Virus record (IMG/VR): IMGVR_UViG_3300025102_000038
Location: 1-54,099 of that record
Reading direction: 5' to 3' (one strand)
DNA: 54,099 bases
From: a virus
Taxonomy: Duplodnaviria; Caudoviricetes
A program made the translations under genes and the position numbers. Below the pieces are notes generated by a model. That model saw only the letters and a program-made list of their open reading frames with translations. It ran no database searches and was not told where the DNA came from. This document shows positions 46,919 to 54,099 of this stretch, piece by piece. Each line of letters begins with the position of its first letter. The stretch's first letter is position 1.

Positions 46919-47986
46919 ATGGCTTTTCAAACTGCTGCAGGGCATACCAGTTTACCTAATGGTAACTTTAGTCCTGTCATATATTCCAAACAGGTACAGC
47001 TTGCTTTCCGTAAGTCATCTGTTGTGGAAGGGATCACAAACTCTGATTATTTTGGTGAGATTAGTCAGATGGGTGATACCGTTAAAATTATCAAAGAGCC
47101 AGAGATTACTGTAAAAGAGTATGCTCGTGGCACACAAATCACACCTCAGGACTTGGACGATGAGGACTTCTCTCTTACCGTTGACAAAGCAAACTATTTT
47201 GCATTTAAAGTTGACGATATTGAGGAAGCTCACTCACATGTTAACTTCCAATCTTTAGCTTCCGATAGAGCAGCTTATAGACTTTCAGATCAGTACGATC
47301 AGGAAGTTCTAGGCTATCTAGCAGGTTTCAAGCAGTCTGCATTGAACACTGTAGCAGGAACAGCCAACACTACCGTTAACGGTACAAAGGCTGTATCAAC
47401 TGCAGGTTCTAACGAACTACTTGGTTCTATGCTAGTTGATGCCGCTGACTTTAACGGTGGTTCAGCAAACAACTCTATTGTTGTTCAGCCAAGAGGACAG
47501 GGTGACGGTGTTAATACAACAGCTGCTCACGCTACACCTTTAGCTGTCATCAACAGAATGTCAAGAAAACTTGACCAACAGTTTGTTGACAAAGAGGGAA
47601 GATGGCTTGTAATCGACCCAGTCTTTGCTGAATTGCTAAAAGACGAAGATTCCAGAATTATGAATGGTGACTTTGTTTCTTCAAAGGACGAACTCAAAAA
47701 TGGAATGATCTTTGGCAACTTGCATGGCTTTAAAGTGTACATGTCTAACAACCTACCTGCGAAGGGTAATGGTCCTACAGGAGCAACTGCTACTGGATCA
47801 TCACACTACGGAGTTCTTGTTGCAGGACATGGTTCAGCAGTAGCCACTGCAGAGCAAATCAACAAAACAGAGACATATCGTGACCCTGACAGCTTTGCTG
47901 ACATTGTTAGAGGTATGCATCTCTATGGACGTAAAATATTACGACCTGAAGCACTTACTCGTGCTTTTTATGTATCTAAATTCTAA
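46919..47986 (+). CDS. major capsid protein
   Basis: F.P.IYS, GDTVKI, F.D.VRG..LYG.K..RPE; AGGAGG RBS. Confidence 0.92.
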   Translation: MAFQTAAGHTSLPNGNFSPVIYSKQVQLAFRKSSVVEGITNSDYFGEISQMGDTVKIIKEPEITVKEYARGTQITPQDLDDEDFSLTVDKANYFAFKVDDIEEAHSHVNFQSLASDRAAYRLSDQYDQEVLGYLAGFKQSALNTVAGTANTTVNGTKAVSTAGSNELLGSMLVDAADFNGGSANNSIVVQPRGQGDGVNTTAAHATPLAVINRMSRKLDQQFVDKEGRWLVIDPVFAELLKDEDSRIMNGDFVSSKDELKNGMIFGNLHGFKVYMSNNLPAKGNGPTGATATGSSHYGVLVAGHGSAVATAEQINKTETYRDPDSFADIVRGMHLYGRKILRPEALTRAFYVSKF

Positions 47987-47999
47987 GGAGTATTGAACT

Positions 48000-48530
48000 A
48001 TGGCTACTTTTGACATGACCTCAAAAGCTACTGCAGGAGTTAGTTCAGACTCTATAGTAGCTCTACAAGCAAACCGAAATGGAACTGCTATGAGAATGGT
48101 TGAGGGTATCTTGGATATTTCTAAGATAACTGACTATTCTTGTACTGATGGGGACATCTTTCAATTACTTGAAATCCCTGCAGGTGTGCTAGTTCTATTT
48201 GCAGGAGCAGAAGTGCTTACTGCTTTTGATGGTACATCACCAACTGTGGATATTGACTTTGCCGCAGGTGATGACATCATCGATGGTGGTGATGTATCTT
48301 CAACAGGCTTTCTTGCAGAAGGTTCGAATGGACAAGCTAACGATGTTACTACAGGTGCTGCATCACTATTCACACAGTTTCAGTCTTCAACTGACACTAT
48401 CGATGTGAAACTAATTGCAGGATCTGCAGATGTTACTGTTGGTAAAATACGAGTGTATGCTTGTGTTATCGACTGTAATGGTGAGCATAAGCAGTTAGCA
48501 GACGAAGTTGATAGGGATCAACTCGCCTAA
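48000..48530 (+). CDS. probable capsid decoration/minor capsid protein
   Basis: beta-rich acidic protein after MCP and before terminator. Confidence 0.6.
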   Translation: MATFDMTSKATAGVSSDSIVALQANRNGTAMRMVEGILDISKITDYSCTDGDIFQLLEIPAGVLVLFAGAEVLTAFDGTSPTVDIDFAAGDDIIDGGDVSSTGFLAEGSNGQANDVTTGAASLFTQFQSSTDTIDVKLIAGSADVTVGKIRVYACVIDCNGEHKQLADEVDRDQLA

Positions 48531-48540
48531 ATTAAAACTT

Positions 48541-48580
48541 AGGGGGCAGGTGTAACAGGATTGACCTGCCCTCTATTTTA
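48541..48580 (+). terminator. intrinsic terminator candidate
   Basis: GGGCAGGT...ACCTGCCC stem followed by T-rich tract. Confidence 0.6.
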
Positions 48581-48596
48581 ACATAAAGGAATACTA

Positions 48597-48995
48597 ATGG
48601 CAGATACAGTCACATCACAAACAATACTTAACACACCTTATAGATTAGTTATGAAATTCACTAACGTAAGTGATGGTACAGGAGAAAGTGCCGTTAAGAA
48701 AGTAGATGTAAGCACATTCACTGCAGGTGAAAAAGGTGCTACATGCACTGGTGCAACAATAGATAAAATACATTTTGTAAATGATGGAATGAAAGTACAA
48801 ATATTTTGGGACGCTTCATCAAATGTAGAAGCATACAAACTATTAGACACTGAAGGATATTATGACTTCTCACATTTTGGTGGATTACAAAACAATGCAG
48901 GTTCAGGTAAAACAGGCGATATATTATTTACAACTGTTGGACATGCTAACACGGAAACATATAACATCATACTAGATATGACAAAACAATCCTAA
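48597..48995 (+). CDS. virion structural protein
   Basis: MADTVTSQT...SDGTGESAV.KVD...TGDI.FTT. Confidence 0.7.
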   Translation: MADTVTSQTILNTPYRLVMKFTNVSDGTGESAVKKVDVSTFTAGEKGATCTGATIDKIHFVNDGMKVQIFWDASSNVEAYKLLDTEGYYDFSHFGGLQNNAGSGKTGDILFTTVGHANTETYNIILDMTKQS

Positions 48996-49004
48996 GAGGA
49001 TAAA

Positions 49005-49943
49005 ATGTCTGGTACATATCTAACACTTACAAACAATACACTAGCAAGACTAAATGAAGTACAGCTAACTTCTTCTAACTTTAGTAATGCTAGAGGTATA
49101 CAGGTGCAAGCACAAAACGCTGTAAATGAATCTATACGATATATAAATCAAAAAGAGTTTTCGTATCCATTTAATCATTCAACAGAAACTAAAACGTTAA
49201 CAGCAGGTACAGTTAGATATAGTCTGCCAACATCAACTAAACATGTGGATTACAATACGTTTAGATTAATAAAAGATGATGACTTGAGTACAAGTGGTGG
49301 TAAATTAGGTATATTACAATACAATGATTATGTTAATAATTATATAACACAAGAAGATCAAATAGTTACCACAACATTAAGTCAAACTCACACAGATTCT
49401 GTGACCACACTAACAGTGGCAAGCACAACAGGATTCGACAGTGCAGGTACTGTGCATGTCGGAAATGAAATAATGACCTACACTGCTGTAGGTTCTTCAA
49501 CAACCCTTACAGGTGTCACACGAGCAACAAGTGGCACAACAGCATCTGCCCATGCCAGTGGAGTGCAAGTGGCACAGTTTGAAGAAGGAGGAGTTCCTAG
49601 ACATGTGGTTAGATCTCCAGACAACGGTTATCTTTTATACCCTTTTCCTACTAAGTCTTATTCTGTAAAATTTGACTATTATACTTTCCCAACAGATTTA
49701 TCAGCACACGATGACACAACAAGTATACCTGCACGTTTTGATGCAGTTATAATAGATGGAGCTACAGCTTTTGTATATCAGTACAGGGGTGAAACAGCAC
49801 AGTATCAGTTAAACTTTGCAAGATACGAACAGGGTATCAAGAATATGCAAACCTTATTAGTAAACAAGTTTGAGTATATACGTTCAACATTTATACCAAG
49901 AACACCAACAAACGTATTGGATTTAAACCCAAGAGTATTATAG
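49005..49943 (+). CDS. head-tail adaptor (tail tubular A-like) with inserted beta domain
   Basis: YL.LTN..L.RLNEV start, YP.P...Y, IP.RF; position. Confidence 0.75.
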   Translation: MSGTYLTLTNNTLARLNEVQLTSSNFSNARGIQVQAQNAVNESIRYINQKEFSYPFNHSTETKTLTAGTVRYSLPTSTKHVDYNTFRLIKDDDLSTSGGKLGILQYNDYVNNYITQEDQIVTTTLSQTHTDSVTTLTVASTTGFDSAGTVHVGNEIMTYTAVGSSTTLTGVTRATSGTTASAHASGVQVAQFEEGGVPRHVVRSPDNGYLLYPFPTKSYSVKFDYYTFPTDLSAHDDTTSIPARFDAVIIDGATAFVYQYRGETAQYQLNFARYEQGIKNMQTLLVNKFEYIRSTFIPRTPTNVLDLNPRVL

Positions 49944-49944
49944 T

Positions 49945-51474
49945 ATGCCTGATCTATCACAAGTACAGCCTACAGCATTTAACTGTCAAGGTGGATTAGT
50001 TTTAAATCGTTCTACATTTATGATGCAACCCGGAGAAGCATTAGAACTACAAAACTTTGAGCCTGACATTGAAGGTGGTTACAGAAGAATAAATGGTTTT
50101 AGTAAATACGTAAGTGCTGTTGTACCTCAAACAAGTTCTTCTAGTGAAAAAGTTTTGATGGTAGCAACATTCGGTGATCTAGTAGTTGCAGCCAGAGGTG
50201 AAAAGATATTTAGTGCTACAGCAGGTGGTTCTAGTTGGACAGAAAGAGATACTGGTAGAACAAGTGCAGGGACATATGCTTTTGAAAGATATAACTTTGA
50301 TGGTAATGACAAGCTTATAGTAGTAGACGGAGCAAATGCTCCTACATTCTTTAACTCAGCAATGTCAGCAACAGATGTAAGCAATAGTGATGTAGCAGGT
50401 TCTAAGTTTGTGACAGCATTTAGAAGTCACATGTTTTATGCAGGAAAATCTACAACACCTCAGACCTTAATATTTAGTCAGCCTTTTGATGAAGATGCTT
50501 TTAGTAGTGGCAGTGGTGCAGGAAGTATAAAAGTAGATGATGTTATAACAGGTCTAAAAGTTTTCCGTGATAATTTATTTATCTTTTGTGAAAACAGAAT
50601 ATTTAAACTGAGTGGCAGTAGTTCTAGTGACTTTGCCATATCTGCCGTTACCAGAGATATTGGTTGTATAAACGGCAATACAATACAGGAATTTGCAGGT
50701 GACTTAATATTCTTAGGACCTGATGGTTTAAGAACAGTTGCAGGTACAGCAAGAATTGGTGACGTTGAACTTGGCACGATTAGCTCTAATGTGCAGTCTA
50801 TATTTGATGATAACTTATCAAGTGCATCTGAGTTTCAAAGTGTTGTTATACCAGATAGAACTCAGTATAGAATATTTTTTACAAAAGATAGTGTGGCACA
50901 GAATAGCACAAAAGGTATAGCTTGTGTTCTAAAAGGACAGACATTTGAGTTTTCAGAACTAAGAGGTATAAGACCTGCATCTACAGATAGTTTTGTAAAG
51001 TCAGGTGATGTTATAGTTTTACATGGTGATTATTCTAATGGTTATGTATACAGACAAGAATCAGGTAATACCTTTGATGGTACAGCTATATTAGCAAAGT
51101 ACAGAAGTCCTGACATGACGTTTGGTGACGCAGGTATACGAAAGCACATGCAACGTGTGGTAGTAAACTTTAAGCCTGAGTCATCTATAGATGCAGATTT
51201 ATTTTTACGATATGACTATGAATCTAAAGACTCAGCACGACCTACAGCCTATGAGTTAGATTCACAAGATATTGCAGCCATATATGGTACAACAACATAC
51301 GGCACATCATCCTCTGTTGTGGGTACATATGGTGGTGCATCACAGCCACTGTTTAGACAGTCCGTAGAAGGTTCAGGGTTTGCAGTAGCACTAAGAGTAA
51401 ATGACGGTGGAGAAACAGCACCGTATTCACTAAAAGGTTTTCAGTTAGAATATCAAGTAGGAGCAAGAAGGTAA
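49945..51474 (+). CDS. tail nozzle (tail tubular B-like)
   Basis: GGL..., NFE....GGY.RI.G, beta-propeller-like repeats. Confidence 0.75.
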   Translation: MPDLSQVQPTAFNCQGGLVLNRSTFMMQPGEALELQNFEPDIEGGYRRINGFSKYVSAVVPQTSSSSEKVLMVATFGDLVVAARGEKIFSATAGGSSWTERDTGRTSAGTYAFERYNFDGNDKLIVVDGANAPTFFNSAMSATDVSNSDVAGSKFVTAFRSHMFYAGKSTTPQTLIFSQPFDEDAFSSGSGAGSIKVDDVITGLKVFRDNLFIFCENRIFKLSGSSSSDFAISAVTRDIGCINGNTIQEFAGDLIFLGPDGLRTVAGTARIGDVELGTISSNVQSIFDDNLSSASEFQSVVIPDRTQYRIFFTKDSVAQNSTKGIACVLKGQTFEFSELRGIRPASTDSFVKSGDVIVLHGDYSNGYVYRQESGNTFDGTAILAKYRSPDMTFGDAGIRKHMQRVVVNFKPESSIDADLFLRYDYESKDSARPTAYELDSQDIAAIYGTTTYGTSSSVVGTYGGASQPLFRQSVEGSGFAVALRVNDGGETAPYSLKGFQLEYQVGARR

Positions 51475-53835
51475 ATGGGAGCAACATATACAAGACAGTC
51501 TTCATACTCTGACGGTGATGTTATCACGGCAGCCCACACTAATGACGAGTTCAATCAGTTATTAGCTGCCTTTGCATCATCATCAGGACACACACATGAC
51601 GGCACATCTGCTGAAGGTGGTCCTATTACAAAGCTACTAGGTAACACACTTACCTTTGGTGCAGGGACAGCAGGAACAGATATAACAGTAACCTTTGACG
51701 GTGAGACATCAGACGGTGTACTCAAGTGGATGGAAGATGAGGACTATTTTGAGTTCTCTGATGACATACTTGTAGCGTCTACAGAGAAGCTACAGTTCCG
51801 TGACACAGCTATATACATCAACTCTAGCACAGACGGACAGCTTGACATTGTAGCTGACACAGAAGTACAGATTGCAGCCACAACTATAGATATGAATGGT
51901 AATGCTGATGTATCAGGAACACTTACATATGGTAGTTTGTCAGATGGTGCAATAACAATCACAGCGTTTGTAGACGAAGATAACATGGCTTCTAATAGTG
52001 CTACTCTCGTACCAACACAACAATCTGTAAAAGCATACGTAGATACACAGCTAACAGCAGAGGATTTAGACTTTCAAGCTGATAGTGGTGGCGCATTAAG
52101 TATTGACTTGGACAGTGAGACACTCACATTTACAGGTGGCACAGGCATTGATACAAGTGGAAGTGGTAATGCTGTTACTTTTGCAATAGACTCTACTGTA
52201 GCCACACTTGCAGGTACACAAACATTTACAAACAAAACACTAACCTCACCAAAGATAAATGAGAACGTAGCACTAACAGCCACAGCTACTGAGTTAAATT
52301 TACTAGATGGTGTATCAGGATTAGTACAAGCTGACTTTACAAAACTAGCTGCTGTTGATTCAACTGCTACAGAGCTTAATATAGTTGACGGTAATACATC
52401 TATAGGAACAACTACCGTATCTGATGGGCATGGTATTGTAATGAATCATGGTGGCACTATGGCACAAACCACAGTGCAAACTTTAGCTGCCTACCTTGAT
52501 GATGAAATAACAGCTATGCCTAACCTTGTTACAACTGCAGCTACAACTGTTGGTGCATTGAACTCAGGTAGCATTACTTCTGGCTTTGGCACAATAGACA
52601 CAGGCTCATCTACAATAACAACCACAGGGCTTATTACAGGTGGCTCACTTGACATTGATGACGTTCTTATAAACGGTACAACTATTGGTCATACAGATGA
52701 CACGGATTTAATTACTCTTTCAAATGGTGTTGTAACCGTAGCAGGGGAGGTTGATGCAGTAACATTAGACGTTAGTGGCAATATAGATGTTGACGGAACA
52801 GCTAATTTAGATAATACAGATATAGATGGCACATTAGTTGTAGACGGTTCTAACATATCATTAGACAGTACATCTACTTTAAACATAGATAACTCTAATA
52901 CATCCAACGGTATAACAATAGGTACAGCTACATCTGGTGTGCCAGTATCTATTGGTCACACAACATCTGAAACTACAGTAAACGACAACCTGACTGTTAC
53001 AGGTGACTTAACTGTATCAGGGACAACAACTACAGTAAACTCAACCACTGTAAATCTAAACGACCACAACATCGTGTTAGACACTGGTAATACTACCTCT
53101 GCTGTTATAAACGGTGCAGGTATAACAATAGAAGGTGGTAGTGGCGATGATGCAACATTTACCTATAACACTACAGGACCACAGTTTGAATTAAAGTTAG
53201 GTTCTAGCTTTGAAGATTTACAGACAGCTAAACTTACAGCTACTGAATTAGATATATCAGGTGACGTAGATGTTGATGGCACACTAGAAGCTGATGCTAT
53301 AACAGTCAACGGTACAGCTTTAGGAACAGTGATTGCAGGTACTACAGTTACAAATGCAACTACTGCAGCCGTTGCAACAACTGTAACCATTAGTGACAAT
53401 GAAAACACAGATGAAGATAACGCTATCATATTCACAGCAGGTGGTGATGTAGACGGTGGTAACATTGGATTAGAATCAGATGGAGATTTAACTTACAATC
53501 CAAGCACAGGAAGGTTGACAGCAACACAATTATCTGGTACACTGCAGACTGCGGCACAAGCAAATGTAACATCATTAGGAACGCTGACTACCCTTACAGT
53601 GGATAATGTTATAATCAATGGGTCAACCATTGGACACACAGGCGATACAGACTTAATGACAGTCGCTAGTGGTGTACTCACCGTAGCAGGTGAAGTCGAT
53701 GCTACAAGTTTAGATATAAGTGGAGATGCCGACATTGACGGTACACTTGAAGCAGACGCAATTACTGTAAACGGCACAGCCTTAAACACAGTTATAGCTA
53801 ACGAAGCCACGGCACTAAGCATAGCCTTAGGCTGA
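51475..53835 (+). CDS. tail fibre protein
   Basis: YTRQS...EFNQL...GH.HDG N-terminal anchor; T/D/G-rich internal repeats; ends A.SIALG. Confidence 0.8.
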   Translation: MGATYTRQSSYSDGDVITAAHTNDEFNQLLAAFASSSGHTHDGTSAEGGPITKLLGNTLTFGAGTAGTDITVTFDGETSDGVLKWMEDEDYFEFSDDILVASTEKLQFRDTAIYINSSTDGQLDIVADTEVQIAATTIDMNGNADVSGTLTYGSLSDGAITITAFVDEDNMASNSATLVPTQQSVKAYVDTQLTAEDLDFQADSGGALSIDLDSETLTFTGGTGIDTSGSGNAVTFAIDSTVATLAGTQTFTNKTLTSPKINENVALTATATELNLLDGVSGLVQADFTKLAAVDSTATELNIVDGNTSIGTTTVSDGHGIVMNHGGTMAQTTVQTLAAYLDDEITAMPNLVTTAATTVGALNSGSITSGFGTIDTGSSTITTTGLITGGSLDIDDVLINGTTIGHTDDTDLITLSNGVVTVAGEVDAVTLDVSGNIDVDGTANLDNTDIDGTLVVDGSNISLDSTSTLNIDNSNTSNGITIGTATSGVPVSIGHTTSETTVNDNLTVTGDLTVSGTTTTVNSTTVNLNDHNIVLDTGNTTSAVINGAGITIEGGSGDDATFTYNTTGPQFELKLGSSFEDLQTAKLTATELDISGDVDVDGTLEADAITVNGTALGTVIAGTTVTNATTAAVATTVTISDNENTDEDNAIIFTAGGDVDGGNIGLESDGDLTYNPSTGRLTATQLSGTLQTAAQANVTSLGTLTTLTVDNVIINGSTIGHTGDTDLMTVASGVLTVAGEVDATSLDISGDADIDGTLEADAITVNGTALNTVIANEATALSIALG

Positions 53836-53849
53836 TATAGGAGAGAAAC

Positions 53850-54099
53850 ATGGCAAATACATTTAAAGTGGTGACAAAGGCAGGAGTAACGTCAGCAGAT
53901 GTTATATACACTGTAGCAGGTAGTACAACAACCGTTATACTAGGTCTGATACTAGGTAATACAACAACAAGCCAAGTTACATCTACCGTCACACTCAGTT
54001 CAGACACAAGTAGTAGAGCAGGAGCAAACAACGAAGCTAACCAAAACGTAGAGTTAGTAACCAATGCTCCCATACCTGCAGGTTCATCACTAGAACTTC
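53850..54099 (+). CDS. virion protein, truncated at window end
   Basis: AGGAG RBS; MANTFKVVTKAGVTSADVIYTV... Confidence 0.7.
   Translation, partial: MANTFKVVTKAGVTSADVIYTVAGSTTTVILGLILGNTTTSQVTSTVTLSSDTSSRAGANNEANQNVELVTNAPIPAGSSLEL

Noticed and set aside
1-54099. tRNA genes, RNA polymerase, reverse transcriptase/DGR, introns/inteins, stop-codon recoding
   Set aside because: No cloverleaf, catalytic motifs or interrupted core genes recognised by eye; standard code gives dense coding. A divergent virion RNAP cannot be excluded without profile searches

Overview
Near-complete, circularly permuted genome of an AT-rich marine podovirus of the HMO-2011 type (Puniceispirillum/roseobacter/pelagiphage group). 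The assignment rests on a family A DNA polymerase carrying an inserted DnaJ-type zinc-finger (CxxCxGxG twice), a tyrosine integrase upstream of primase/helicase, a class II RNR, and no RNA polymerase gene that I could recognise. The minus-strand arm (about 28.8 kb down to 10.3 kb) holds early and replication genes. The plus-strand arm (29.4-54.1 kb, continuing at 1-10.3 kb) holds small basic proteins, lysis, packaging, capsid, tail and internal virion proteins. The arms diverge at a non-coding switch near 28.8-29.4 kb. Main unexplained signals: (1) the first early genes are tiled, inside coding sequence, with back-to-back short perfect hairpins (28 counted in about 735 bp), and the density decays away from the switch; (2) the same region has five copies of a 17-19 bp near-palindrome and two long hairpins with an identical 12-nt loop; (3) a recurrent [FMYL]xxGG motif marks module boundaries in late proteins, alongside a domain resembling the processed C-terminus of tape-measure proteins; (4) a repeated CC/YAC internal-loop RNA motif lies in the scaffold and capsid leaders. 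All calls come from reading the sequence by eye; no database searches were run.
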